A DNA stretch of 62,573 bases, the filler included, from Dimorphilus gyrociliatus (lineage: Eukaryota; Animalia; Annelida), in assembly GCA_904063045.1 (NCBI GenBank). It is 3 parts of 3 records of this genome, joined end to end, with 100 filler letters (N's around TTAATTAATTAA, not from the genome) between each part and the next. Parts side by side here need not be neighbours in the genome. Positions count along the whole stretch, not along the records: positions 22,837 to 45,236 come from CAJFCJ010000061.1; positions 45,337 to 62,573 come from CAJFCJ010000098.1; 1 more part is not named here. One strand, 5' to 3'. Positions 37,338-51,000 of the stretch are shown piece after piece. Positions within the stretch are counted from its first letter, which is position 1. Every line of letters begins with the position of its first letter. The notes under the pieces are model-generated. The model was not told the origin of the DNA and ran no database searches. It saw only the letters and a program-made list of their open reading frames with translations. The position numbers and the translations under genes are program-made.

Positions 37338-38707
37338 TTAAAAAACATGCATAGTTTTGTAGAGATACTTTGATATATTGAATGGTTTTAATATATCATT
37401 AACATTAATCAACCAACATTCTTCATTGCCTCTTTCCACTTTTACTCCCTTTATTATCTTGTTATCAATGTCTATAGAAATAAATTTTGATCCAATGTTC
37501 CTGTCTGATTGAATTTCTTCATGAAATATGTATTTCTTTTTTCCAATATCACCTACAAGTCCATCCATTTCTTTATAATCATCTGGTGACAATTTAAAAC
37601 TTGCATCCAAGTGATTTTCTGAAGAAGAATGTATAGATTTCTCTATTTTAATCATTTTTCCACCATTTTCTAATGATGTTATAAAGACATGATTTCTAGT
37701 AATCAAATATTGAAATTCTTTAGATTTAAAGGTACTTTTTTGCATATTTCCAGTCCAGTTAATTAATTGTCCATTGTCAAGAATGATATGGTTAGTTGAA
37801 GTAGTTATTTTACCAGAATCAGATTTTATAATGATCTTATGCATATAGTAATCATCCTTAAGCTGTCCATAAACTTGAATTCCACTTAAACTAAAGCCAG
37901 CAATATGTAAATAATCTCCAGGTGAGCCACTAACATCATAGCATATAGCCTTAGTAATCAAACTTGGATAATCCAAAACAATTTGTTTCATATGTGGATC
38001 ACCTGATACAGAAGTCCATGGATCACTGTTAAGGGTAAAATAAATTGGAATTTCCAGGCTAAATTCAGCTGATTCAACTATTTCACAAGTTAATCTCATC
38101 AATGTTGACTTTGTTGAACCAATTTTAGTAGCTGTAACAATATCTTCAGTTTTATCAATAAACACTTTTTCATATTTATTCAAGGATGCTTCATTAGCAT
38201 TGGGAATGGAGTAGCTAGAAAAAACATAAAAGCTTTACATTTTCATAGATTGAAGTAGTACCTACTTGCAATAGGTTTTAAAACCATCACTAAAGAAAAA
38301 GATGTCTTTTGATGATTCTTCCATCATTGAAATTTTAATCTTGACTTCAAAAAGTTGAGGTATGTAATCAACAGCTAGATTAAAAAATCAAAGAAATGTA
38401 CATATGTGTAAATATTTAATGTGAAAACAAAAAATTCCTTACGGAAAAATTGAGATTTCAAGTCAAAAGAAGCAGAATTCTCTCCTTCAGTACATGTAAA
38501 GCTGTGAGTAATTGTCACGACTTTTTCTATATTTTGAAAGATATTGTCTGGAAAAGTGTGATAAATAATACTATCAGTTAGATCAAGAGATACTCTATAT
38601 AGTTCAGTTCCATCAGGTTTTCTTGTTTTTAAGCTGAAATAAACATTGGAGTGTTGAATTAATAATTTTAATACAACAAATGAAAAAATAAACAAATATA
38701 CCTGCAA
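37338..38707 (-). CDS. Multi-exon gene ending in an inter-alpha-trypsin-inhibitor heavy chain C-terminal-like domain
   Basis: SVSGDPHMKQ..ICYDVSGSPGDYLHI..GIQVYGQL; short upstream exons about 38700-38400 and 38355-38260; start uncertain. Confidence 0.7.
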
Positions 38708-38961
38708 GTTGGTGAGCCTATAAACTTTTCAATATTAAAAAGTGGTCTGGAGTTTGTAGTAATTAAAGATGTATATTTTATAAAAAATTCAAAGGCATTT
38801 AAGCAAGCTGTAAAAAAAAATCAATATAAGAAAGAATAATAAAAACCTGTTATATACAAACAAAAAAATATACTAAGAAACAGCAGTGAAAGAGTAAAAT
38901 AACTTTGTCTGCCCATCATTTTCATTTTGAGCTTTTTTGCCTCAAAAATGATAAGTGTATA

Positions 38962-38963
<2 letters not shown>

Positions 38964-38992
<29 letters not shown>
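38964..38992. repeat. (TA)n microsatellite
   Basis: Direct reading. Confidence 0.95.
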
Positions 38993-38996
<4 letters not shown>

Positions 38997-39519
38997 ACTC
39001 TCTTTATATTCACACACACATATATATTTTTATATGGAAATATCACAATGTACATAGTCTTTACATTTGTTGGAAAGCCTCCATAAGTGAACAATGATGT
39101 CATTGAATTTTAATTCATTTTAAAATCAAACAATAATTTATTTTAATATCTTCAACTATAAATCAAATGTGTCATATTGGTATGCCTAGACAGAACTTTT
39201 TTATGACATGATAACAGAGGGGCTTTCATTGTTAATTTCTATGTATGAAAATCTACACTATTAAAAATATCTAGGCTTTGCAGGAAGATCTTTGGGGAAG
39301 GGAGGGCCTTAACCTTAGAATGCTGTTTAGTTTACCTTTTAAACATGCAGATATTAACACAAGCTTTTTTATACTAACAACACTTTTCATATAAGTTGTG
39401 CAAGACTACTGTTTTGTTCTAGCTACACCCTCTTAAACAGTTCATAAATTCTTATAAGTTGTCTATTTCATGGAAACCATTAAGACAAACAATAGGGAAA
39501 CTTGTTTCATTTCTCCATG

Positions 39520-40199
39520 TTTTAAGAAGCTACTCTCTGAAAACAAATTAAAGGGAATGCAGAGAACAAAACAAACATACTTACAATCTAAAATCTTTGA
39601 TTTATGGGACAACTTGGGAACTACAAAAATTACTTTAGATAATCTTTTAGATGGATTAGTGGAGTTAAACATTCCATGGCTACTTAGTTTCTATTACTTG
39701 TTTGTTATTTTGTATTTTTTGGGGCTGACAGAAAACATCCCCAAGTGAGATTTTTGAAAGCAAGATTTTGGATTGAAAAATGGTCAGAAGGAGTAATATT
39801 CAATTCAAAAGTATATGCTCAATAATTCAGAAGTAGCTGTTGAAAATAAAATAACCAATACAGAAATAAAATTTAAAGAAGCAATCTTAAAAGGGCTGGT
39901 GACAACCAAGAAAAACAAAAACGATTGATGAAAATTCTTCTAGCAAGAGAATTGCTGAAAATGTACTGGTCAAGTATTCCAACCATTGAAATTTACCAAA
40001 TATAGGTAATTGCAAGGAAGTGACAAAGTGGAATATAAGAAAGAAAAGGCCTATTGTACAAAATGATATAAAATTTTAAACTGAATATGAGATTTATTCC
40101 TTCTAAATTTTTAAAAAACAATAATTATTTGAAACAGGTTTTAGGGCTGGGTTAGGGTTAAGGTAAAATAATGAGGCTGTCAGTGTTTTCAACAACGCC
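39520..40199 (+). mobile_element. MULE transposase C-terminal fragment followed by an expanded MITE-like copy (39721-about 40199)
   Basis: AAGAAGCTACTCTCTGAAAACAAATTAAAGGGAATGCA shared with 31156; TIR GGGGCTGACAGAAAACATCCCCAA at 39721; GGGTTAGGGTTA about 40150; no TSD seen. Confidence 0.6.
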
Positions 40200-40342
40200 A
40201 CTTAGAAAATTGTCATAAATTTGTTGATTGTCCTTCTGACTACAATCAAGGTGTCAAACAGTGAAAAGATAGTAGGTTATGCAGATATTGAACTCTCCAT
40301 GTATCAAGCCTGTCAATAATCAGCCTGGTAGTAATCTAACTA

Positions 40343-41074
40343 AGACCTTAAACAAAGTGCTTCAATTGAAGTGCTTCATTCAAAATATAATACTTAAGCA
40401 AGTAACAATGCAAAAGTTCAATAGCAGAGTCAGTAGTGGGTAACAGTAGGTTGCCAAGTTACCAAACTAGTGTTCAATGCTGAGTAAGTAGAAAGGTCCT
40501 TGTGGATGTTGGTTCCAATTGATCATCCCAGGTTGAGGTTAGCCAGTTGGAGTGAAAGAGTCAGAGTTTATATAACTGTAGACTTGTCTCTACTGTCCAA
40601 TCACCACTTTACAGCTGTGAACTCACCTAGTTCATGTTTGTCCTTAGAACAATATGTTACAGAGTTGCCCACTTGAGAAAGTTAATTAATCATAGTTTGG
40701 CAAAAACCATAGACAAGCTGATCAATCATAATGTGGCCAAAACTTAAGTGGTACTTACGATGAACCTTAAGTATGACCAATAAGGTCTGTGTTAGGCCAC
40801 ATTTTATTGTATTTTGTTGCATCAGTTTGTAGTAAGTTATAGATAATAGTAGTATAGAATAAGACTAGAATAGAATGAAAGTTGTACAACTTCCCCCTTC
40901 TTTGTGAAGATGAGTCTCTTCATCTTGGTTTGAGTAGGATCACAGGAGTTGGCTCCTGTTTCTCAGATTGATCTTTTCCTGGGCTTGGTGTGTTAGGAAA
41001 TGGCTGCTCTGAGAAGTCATCTTCAATCTCATTTATAGTATAGTATAAGAATAAAATAGAACGAAAGTTGTACA
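40343..41074 (-). mobile_element. Internally deleted LTR3 element: about 45-bp 5' LTR stub + about 140-bp internal 3' end + PPT + 3' LTR
   Basis: TGTACAACTTTC starts at 41074 and 40888; polypurine tract AAAGAAGGGGGAAG (40903-40890) just before the second. Confidence 0.85.
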
Positions 41075-41075
41075 G

Positions 41076-42215
41076 CACACTGTATTCAGTCCTTTAGCAA
41101 CACCACCAGCCACTTTTGTAATAGTTGCGAGAGTATCACTATTGGATTTCCTATTTAACAATCTTTCAGGTTTATAAATTATTGGACTTAAAAGACACAT
41201 ACTATAATCTTTATAATCTGTATCCAATTGCTGATGTCTGATTCTTTTAAGAGTCTGGTTCTGTAAAATATTCTTGGATATTTCTAGGATAGTTTTCATT
41301 TTGAAGAATGAATAATAAGTTGTGCAGATTTCTTGATGATGTACAAGTTTCACTCTGCTTTAGAAGAATTCATAATAATGGAAAATGACACTTTATGAAA
41401 GCTTCAGGTCTGAAGCTCCACAGTTCAGTTCTTTAACCATTAGCTGGTTGTTTAAACTTACTTGTTTAGAACTAGAAACTCATTTACTCAATACATATTC
41501 TTTGGATGATAAACTGGCATTTTGTTGATTAATATATACCTAAATTACATTTATTAAGACTATTTGTGGATGAACTTAAAAGGTTCTATTTGGACCAGTA
41601 ATTTGGTGAGTTGATCAATGATTGAAGAAGCAGATTTTCCTACAATTACAATACAACAAAGTACAACCTCAGTTTTACATTTTGATTCAACTCTGACAAA
41701 ATTGGTGAATTATATATGAAGATTAAAAATTTTACAAAGCCAATTACTAAGCATAAATAGCCTTGTGAATGAAACTTGTTCTCAAATAATTCTAGTAGAT
41801 GTGCAAGTGTCCTCTGAATTTACTCATAGAAATTCGTTTCTGTTAAAATCTTTGCAAAAAAATTGTGTAGATATATGCCTTCACTGATAAGAAGTAAAAA
41901 ATCAATAAAAGAACAATCCACTTTCAATATATCATCAATATCATATTCCAAGATTCTTTTGATAATAGCAATGATATATCTAGCAACTGATTCATCATCA
42001 AAGAAATATATTCCATATTGTCTATCCCTTTGAGAAGAGCGAATAACCTTTTGAAATGGTAGTGATACTTGACTGACAGATGTGGGTTGCCAAAATTTTT
42101 TCATTTCCTCATCACTTTTACAATAGATAAGTTCCAACCTTCTATAAAACTTGTGATGTTCCTTGTAAATTGGAGAAAATATATTCATTGTTTTTGAAAT
42201 TTCTTCCACGCACAC
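41076..42215 (-). pseudogene. Unknown coding sequence disrupted by LTR insertions
   Basis: ORFs 41820-42215 and 41033-41353 look coding and flank an LTR fragment; no recognisable domain. Confidence 0.35.
41420..41665 (+). mobile_element. LTR2/B fragment (R/U5)
   Basis: Matches 35385-35647; ends CAACAAAGTACA. Confidence 0.85.
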
Positions 42216-43489
42216 AGATTAAAACTATGCAATTTCTAAATGAAACAAGTTTGTTCCCTTATCCTTCTTTTATGGAAAGATTTTAATTAATAGTTGATTT
42301 TAGAGAAACTACCTTCTTTTTTCAGTTTATATTATTACAATATACACAAAAAAAGAAAGATGAAAGGAAAAATAAGAAAATTTTATCTCTAAATCAATCA
42401 TAACAATAATTTGGATAAAAATTTGACAACTGAATAGGCCTATAGCAGTGAGTCATAAACACTTGAGTTCTAAGTTTATAGGTTGTGTAAACAATTTAGC
42501 CTACTATTTATTGATCTCTTGAAGGATTTTTTGAGAAAGCTGTACATCAAAGGTTTAAAACAGAATGTTTTCTTTCGAGTTCAGTCATTTTTATTACCAT
42601 AATGATTGCTAGGTTGAGTACAATATAATTTATATAATTTTTGACAAAACTCTATCCATTTCTTTTCCTTCATTCATAATTACTAAAAAGAAAATATTTC
42701 AATTTTCCCGTTGTAAGATACAATAAGAATTTTTCAATTAGTTAAATGAGACAGTTGTGAAACTGCAGCGAATAGTTTGCATAGTTAATTTTGAAAATAT
42801 ACCCAGTATGTCAATTCCAAAGATGTCCTCATAATCCTTTAGTTTGGGGCATGTTTCCCACATGGTTGTTCATATGGCTTATATATATTGTAGATACATT
42901 TTGAAACAAATCATTAGTAGTTTGAAGATTAAAGAGTCAACACTACATTTAAAGTAGCCAGTTAAATGTACAGCTTTTACAATTGCTTTCAAAATTAACA
43001 TCCTCCCCAAAAAAAATATTCCTCCTGTTTCTTTTTTTTGACAAACCCTGAGTCCTATTTCAAACCACAGTAGGTCAAAATTATATTTATAAAATCCATT
43101 AGTATAATTAACAGAAAAAATCTATTATATTGCCATGAAAAGAAAACAAAAAACAATTTTTTAAAAATATTCTATTTAATCATTTTTATAGCTGTCAATA
43201 TAATTCATTAGATAGGCCTAAGTGAATGATATTGAAAAATATATATATTCTGCTGATGAGTACAAAAAAATTTTCATAGAACATTTAACAACCTTTTCAA
43301 ATGATTTTGAAATGTTTATTGATATTGTTATACTTACTACACAAGTTTGTTAAGCCTTTCTTTAATCTCCGTGAAATTGAAGAAGACGTATTAAATATAC
43401 TAAAATTAGTAATAATACTATTTTCATTATTGTTTTTTTTTTCTTAAAAAAAAAAGAAATATATAAAATATTTATATGGAGAATTTTTC

Positions 43490-45236
43490 TTGGAAAATGA
43501 GCAATGTACTTTAAATTTCTGTTCAGGAGATTTGTACTTTGATGATTATATAAAAATATATCCAGTTATCCATAGTATGAATCAATATTCAAGAATTATT
43601 TTTAGTGATATTTGTTATGAAATGGGATTTGATGCATTAAAAGTTGAGACCTCTAGCCTTTTAAAACAACCTAAGAATGGTTTGTTGGTTGGTTGTTGAA
43701 TTACAAAAAAAAATTGCCTGTCTGTTTTTTATTACAATAGTTAAGAGAAAGAAATTACTGATATATTATAGTGGATCTCACAATGAGTTTTTATATGAAA
43801 AGATGACAAATCCTGAAGTTTATATTTACATAAATCTAAAATGTTTCTTAACAAATCAAATATGTATGATTTTACAGTTTCTATACTATTTGAATATTAT
43901 GGAAAAATGCCCCCATAGTCTTTTTTTTTAGTTGTTCACCCTAAATCCTTACCCTGTCTTTAACACATGCCCTTGACCTTCATTATTTGCCTAACATTTT
44001 GTTTTAGACACCAGACAAAATAAAATGAATCAGTCATCCCAGCCCATTGAATACCCAAAAATCTGACCTTAAAATAATTTCAGAGTGGGCATTTTTCTAA
44101 CAGCCTCCCTATTTCATTCACTGCTATCTTTCAGATTATTATATAGTTGATTACAACCCTTCACCTAAATTAGAACAAGATTATAAGAGAATTTATTTTA
44201 AACGACTCAATAGCACATCAAATGTTGAATGTTTAGTGGACAAATCAAATAAGCCTTGCAAACAACAGTCAATTAAATTGCCACGTGACTATTTGGAGAA
44301 ATCTTTAATAAATATTGATTTAAAATATGAAAACATTGCACATTGTTCCCCACAATTTTGTGGTAAATCTACAAAAGATAACAACACTACTACTAATGAT
44401 AGATTACTGAAATGGATAAAGGAGATAAATAGCAGTATTGAAATCATAAGCAGAGTACAAAAAGAACCTAGTGAAAATATTAAACTTATACCAGTTTATT
44501 CAAGTTATGAAAAAGATAATACTGTATTTCCATTACTAATTGAATTGAGGAATCACACTTACCTATTTAACACTTTGTCAACCTTGTGTAATCAGTATAA
44601 TAAGAAATTTTATTATGTTTACAATGGGCAGAAAACATATGAATTATTTAATTATTGGAATTTGTATTATAGTGAAAGTCCTCCAGAAACTGTTTCTTGT
44701 TCTGAAGTAAAGAAAACAATAAGGGATTGCCATATTATTAAACAACAGTATAGATACTTTGATCACTATGGAATCAAGTTAAAATGCTTTAATCCTGAAA
44801 TTTTCAAACCTTTGACTGAGATAAGATGTAAAAAAAAATTAAATATGTTGATAGTTTCACTGACTGATTGGGAGAATATGTGCCAACTGGGTAAAATTTG
44901 GGGTTAGGGTTAGGGTTTTCAACTCAAACATTAGGACATTTTCTCCCACACCCTCCTATCAATGACTTTTTTTTTGATAAAAGTTTCTTTGGGTGTTTGA
45001 CAGCTTCTTCTATAAGGTTATCATCATTTTTCAATACTACTTACTTGTATGCTTCCTATTCATCTAAATTAACATTTTTCCATGGAGAATTACAAGTAAA
45101 GTTTGGGAATTTTTGGTATGAAATTGCTCATATCAATTTAAATCACAAAGCAATAAATCTGATTTGTGAGTATTTTAATTTTACAAGTGGAACTGTTGAT
45201 TATCAAGATAAATTTGGAGAAGATAATTTTCCCATA
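43490..45236 (+). CDS. Multi-exon gene with divergent SRCR-like repeats; cut by gap
   Basis: HGELQVKFGNFW..AINLICEYFNF.SG..FGEDNFPI; upstream SDICYEMGF; Cys-containing 223-aa exon between them. Confidence 0.5.
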
Positions 45237-45336
45237 NNNNNNNNNNNNNNNNNNNNNNNNNNNNNNNNNNNNNNNNNNNNTTAATTAATTAANNNNNNNN
45301 NNNNNNNNNNNNNNNNNNNNNNNNNNNNNNNNNNNN
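45237..45336. other. Assembly gap with synthetic linker
   Basis: 44 N + TTAATTAATTAA + 44 N. Confidence 0.97.
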
Positions 45337-46599
45337 CTCATAGGAGCATTTCTTAATCTTTTCCCACAGTTCATCCTCTGTCTCGAACTGTGGACCATCA
45401 TAGACCATTGTCTTGGTCAGATGCCACATGTTCTCTATTGGGCTCAGATCAGGGCTCCTTGCTGGCCAATCTATGGGTTTGATGTTATTGCTTTTAAAGG
45501 CCCTTTTTGTTTTTCTTGCAGTGTGACAGCCAGCATTGTCTTGCTGGAAGATGTACTGCTTGCCCATTTTTGCCTTAATTTCTTCTATGACAGGCAGAAC
45601 ATCTTCCACAATGAAGGAGCTATAGTTTTCAGCATTCAGCTTGCTGCTTATCCTCCAGACTTCAAATATACCATCAGAAGTTATCAACCCCCACACCAAT
45701 ACTCTGCCTCTCCCCATATTTTTTGTGACACTGAAGTCCCTTTAGCAGTTACTGGTCCAAGTCCTAAAATCTAGCCTCATCAGTAAAAATAACCTTAGAC
45801 CAGTCTAGATTTTCACTAATAACTTTGAGGCAGTACACTTTTCTGCATTTACAGTCTTTGAAGGTGAGATCAGTTCTTTGTCTGACTTTTTTATATTTGA
45901 AATTTTGTCTTTTCAGCTCCCTCTGTTTTGTTCTGATGCTTACATCTACTTCTAATTCCTTTAATATCTTTGCTGCTGTCACTCTTTGCTTGTTATCTTT
46001 CAATTTCTTTACAATTCTTTTCATCCTCACTATCTCTCTGTCAGAAAGCTTCTTCAGACCTCCCCTATTGTCTTGTTCTGGCTGCTTGTACTTCAATATG
46101 TTGCTAACTGATGATGGTGCCATTCCTAAAACTCTTGCTGTTGCCCTTAATTTCCCTATTTCGCTATATTTCTTGATTACCAAATCCCTTATATCTTGAC
46201 TCCAAACCATAATTAAAAAAATACAATATAAGTTATGTACAGTAATTTTTAATATTCAATAGCTAATTAACTTAACTTAAAACAGGAAAAAAGTTGAAAA
46301 ATTTTTTGTTTGAGATGTCTATTTGAATGTCAAACCGGATGTCAACTCAATGTTCCAATAAACATGTCATGCAGCCAAATAAAGAAGAAACTTATGAAAA
46401 TTATTAAAAATTTTTGCTAATAATGTTCACAAAATATTATCATTTTCTTAAATTTTTTTCAATATTATGTCAATTTAACTCTTTTTCTATATAAATTTAG
46501 ACAAAAAATACTAATTTGCAGAGGACAAACAATTTTAACAGTTAATTAAAAATTGGCCTATCAAAATTTATGGTGTCCATATATACATGTCGTCCACTT
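45337..46599 (-). mobile_element. Tc1-family (DD34E) transposon, defective, one TIR visible
   Basis: HTH region; VIFTDE; QQDNA-34 aa-PIEN; WPARSPDLSPIE; deletion/frameshift at 45718-45764; TIR about 46380-46599 then TA. Confidence 0.92.
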
Positions 46600-46928
46600 T
46601 ATAACTTAGGTCTGAATTTTATTCAATTTTATCTTTTTAGAGGATCAACTTGGAGTTGAATGATTTTTTTAGAGTTAGACATCAAGTGCCTTTTTATTAA
46701 CAATACAGAGGGGAAATTCAGTATTTTCATTATTTGTTTTTTTCAGTGTATTCTATTAGCTCATTCATCTGTTTCTTATCTTGTTGACCTATATTTTTAT
46801 CACCAGATTACTTTATCACAGATTGGCAATAAGATTATATATCAACTTAAAAATATGGCAGTAAAATTGTTCTTTTTTGAGTTTTTTTAACTTGGATTCT
46901 TTAGTTAATCCTTTAAACTCTTTGTCCT

Positions 46929-47702
46929 TGTACTTTCCTGCTGAGGTTGTAGGTAAGTACTGGTCCAAATAGAACCGAACCAGGAGTAAGCCACTTAGAA
47001 GAGAGATGTAGAATTGAGGGAGGATGAATATAGAACCAAAACGTAAGAATAATATAACTGTATTCTAAAGGGTTATGACAGAAAACGTCCCCAAATGCAT
47101 GATTTAACCCTAACCCTAACTAGCCCTTGTCACTCCGTAACCTTTTTGATTACCCCTAACCCTTAGAAGGAACCCCCCTAACTACAAATCAATGGCTACT
47201 TCACTCACCCTAACCATTTTTCAATCCAAAATGTTGCTTTCAAAAATCTCACTTGGGGACGTTTTCTGTCAGCCCCATTCTAAAGTAATACTAGACCTGT
47301 TCACTAAGGGAGTTGATTCAGGACTGAATGCCTGTTACTGCCTACGCCCTGCTTTTATACAATTCCTTATCAGTTGTTTATGCCTTGGCTGTCAACAACA
47401 AGGGTCTAACCCCAGATAAGGATTGTTCACAACAATCATATTATGCAATAGTGATGTAAACAACAACAACTTTGTGTAGGTTACCCCTCAAGGGTTAATT
47501 CTCACATCATATTTATGTAAATAAACACTTGTTGTTGTTGTCAACATGTTTGCTATGTAACATCTTATCCTTTGCCTATAAAAGGGGTTGATTCTGGCAG
47601 TTCGGTACCATATACCCTAGAGGCAACATCTACTTCAACACTTCTACCATATAGCAAGTATCATGTATAAAATATCTATAAACTATAGTTCATAAGTGTA
47701 CA
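46929..47702 (-). mobile_element. Solo LTR4 containing a nested MITE
   Basis: TGTAC..GTACA; perfect 5-bp TSD GTCCT. Confidence 0.93.
47071..47276. mobile_element. MULE-derived MITE (206 bp)
   Basis: TIR GG(TTA/GGC)TGACAGAAAACGTCCCCAA; perfect 9-bp TSD ATTCTAAAG; TAACCCTAACCCTAAC inside. Confidence 0.92.
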
Positions 47703-48017
47703 GTCCTGTTTTCTTTCTTTGTCTCAAACTGAAGAATAAAAGATTTAAGGAAAAAGAAAAAAATGAAACTCAATTCCAATTTCTTTTCTGTGGTTTTTTT
47801 AACAATATCTATAGTTTTTAATAAATAGCATTTCATTAGTATTTGTTGCAAGTTGATATTTATTTAGCAGTATTAAATACGAGGTTGTAGTTAGATGTTC
47901 AGGGATAGTTCACCACTGGACAGTTCGTGCCATAAATATTAGATGAAAAAATATTAGAAATATATTCATTAAAAATTTTAAATATATTGTACAGTTATTG
48001 ACCTTCAAGTAGTCTTT

Positions 48018-51000
48018 TTAAGCAGATGAAAAGATATTCTTCTGACTCTTTTTGTTTGCTGGCTGTGATTTTCCTATTTCATCTTTCTTAATCTTTTTAT
48101 AAATGTCAATATTACCTTTACACCATAAATAGAATGCAGCTGCACCTGCACTTGCCTCCATAACTTCTTTCATATTTAACTCATCTATTATTTCTTGAGC
48201 TCTTAAAATAATTCCTGGATGTACATTCAAGATTTTAAGGGCTTTAATTTTCTTTAAAATTGAATTAGAGCATGTATATTTAATAAAAACTCGACATTCT
48301 TTCCATTCATCAGTTTGTACTTCACCAATTGATAAAATCAATAGTGTGGATTTTATGACTAGATGTACAACAGTTGGTGGCTGATTGTATTGATTTAATT
48401 CTGCTATACACTTTGCATCAAGTTTTAAAATTCTTTTTTGCAAACCACGTATTTTTTCCAAATTTGCTTTTAATTCATTAGCTTTTGATAAATCCTTAAG
48501 TAATAAAGGATTTATTGGCTTAACAGATGCTTTATCTATAGCTACTTTTAACTTTTTGTAATCTTTTTCTTTGAATGCATTTTGCAAGTCTGCAATATTT
48601 TAAAATCATTTTTTTAACAATTTTAAATACTGTAAATATGATATGTTACTTACTTAATGCCTTCTTTGCAACTTCTTCCTCAGCATTATGTTGTTGTGGC
48701 TTTTCTTTCTCTTCCTTTTCATCATCAATTCCATTCTCTTCTCTATTTCTTTCATTTTCATCTTCCTACAGAGAAAAATAATCATATTGTCAATGAGAAC
48801 AAAACTTTTGTTATTAATATCTTACATTTATGGTAGGAGTTTCATCACTTCCATCATCAGATTCTTCATCTGGTAGAAATTCACTTATGTAGATAACTTC
48901 TTCCATTTTTAATGACCAATCAATTTCACCAATTTCTCCTGTATTACTAACATTTTCAATTGTCTCAATTTGAACAGTTGGTATATTTTTCATATCTTTA
49001 ACAATATCATTTTCGCTGGATTCTTCATTTTTAGAGTTGTCAATTGTTTCAGAATTATTTACTTCCTCTATCTTTTCATTTTCAGTATTAATTTCACTAT
49101 CTTCTATTGCAGGTTGATTCAATTTTTTAATGGGATTTTTAAATATTTTAAAAATTAAAATCTCAGTAAAAAATATTGCATTTCTATAAATTTTTGCCTT
49201 GATAATTAAATCTCCAAAATTATCACCAGTATCAATTTCACATTCCCATATATCATTAAAGAAATCTAAATGAAAAATTTCATTATCATTCATACGACAA
49301 GCAATCATTTCATCGGCTTTAAATCCTTCAATTTGTATTAGTAGTTTTTCATTTGAGTAGAGTTTTCTAAATGGTTGAATAATTCTATGAGTTTCACTAA
49401 TTCTCCATTTATCAGTAATAATTGGAAATTCAAATGAATTTGGATCCGGTTCAACAGCATAAAAATAGCAATTATAGACTAATTCGTATTGTTTTGTTGA
49501 ATTTAATTCTTTTCCTTCAATTAGAAATTTATACATTCCTGGTAATGGAAAATTAATGTGGAATGTAACATATTCATAACTGTTCTCAAAGAATGAATAC
49601 ATAGATAAATCGTGTCTATCATTTTTTTCATCATACCATCTCAATTCAATTCTAAATTGGCAGGAAATCTGCTTAAACATTTTAAAATGAATAGATTTAT
49701 GGCATTCTTGATAAGATTGGAAGTTATCTTCCATCCTTAATTTTAATTTAAAGAAGTGTCTTTGTTTGCCAATTGTTGATTTTTCATTTTCTGGAAATAC
49801 TAAAGTATAGTTTGCATTTTCTTCACTTTTAACAATGTATGAACAAATAGGAGGAAAAAATTCTTCTGGTTGTTTTTCAACTAATTTTATACATAAACAA
49901 TTGCAGTGATAGTCAATTTTTCGTTTTTGACCAAAAATATTAATGCCATATTCTCCTTCAGATGGAAAAAAGAATCTTATGAGTCCTAGACCATTTTCAA
50001 ACATAGATATGCAATATTTTCGCAAGGAAAAGGAAGAATGTTTCATGCTTGTAATTATAACATAGAACTCATATTCATTGTCATCTCCATTAAAATGAAT
50101 TTCTGTATAATTTTTATTTGGTGAAGTATACATTCCAAGTAGAGGGAACATATTTGTAAAATTACACTCTCTAGCTATATAATTTGGTCCAAGTTCATAT
50201 AGAGATGTCATTGGAAATGGAGGAACAGAAATATTATCTCTTTTTTTGTATTCAATAATGTAGTCAGTGCACCACTGGTAATTATTTTTTTTATTTTTAA
50301 TATCATCTCTGGACACTCTAATTCTTAGTTTGTATTTAGCAGTTTGAGGTAATCTTAGCCTAATGATAAGTAGGCTTTTATCTCTGTTTTGAAAGGCTGC
50401 AACATATAAGTTTGGATTTATTGTTTCATTTTGTATCTGTTGTGCAAGATGAGCATCTAAAACAGTTTGATCACTTATAAAAATCTCTCCATCAAATCTT
50501 ACAGGAAATTCTTTATTAGTTCCAATAAGAATTTCATTCCTTGACTGTTCAGCAAAAACAATACATTTGGGATGTGAAATAATTCCAAGCTTATGCTGAA
50601 AGAATGTAGGCCTTAAATATGCCATGTCTTGAAATTCCTGTAAAGTTACTTCTCTAGCCAATAGCTGATATTTACTGAAAGCTGGAAAATGACTGTAAAT
50701 GAATTCTTCTGGATTTTGCAAAAAATATCCTTCATTATAATTATATTCTAGTTTAGTAGAATGATCTTTTTTTTTGAAGAAAAGTTGAATTAGTGAATAT
50801 TTTTTTTCTGCTTGAATAATTGCTCGACTAGCAAATAAAGGATTGCAAAGATACCAGAAACCATTTATTTTAACAATATTCCAGATATTAATATTTTTCA
50901 TATCTACATTTTCTCCAATTTCATAATTAGCACTTTTAGCATAACCCAAAACTAAATCGCACTTAATTTTCACAGAACTTTTTAAACAATAAAAAATGAT

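Noticed and set aside
44900-44915. GGGTTAGGGTTAGGG as a telomere or fusion site (also about 15655, about 55240)
   Set aside because: Only 2-3 units, and the same motif is part of the MITE family.
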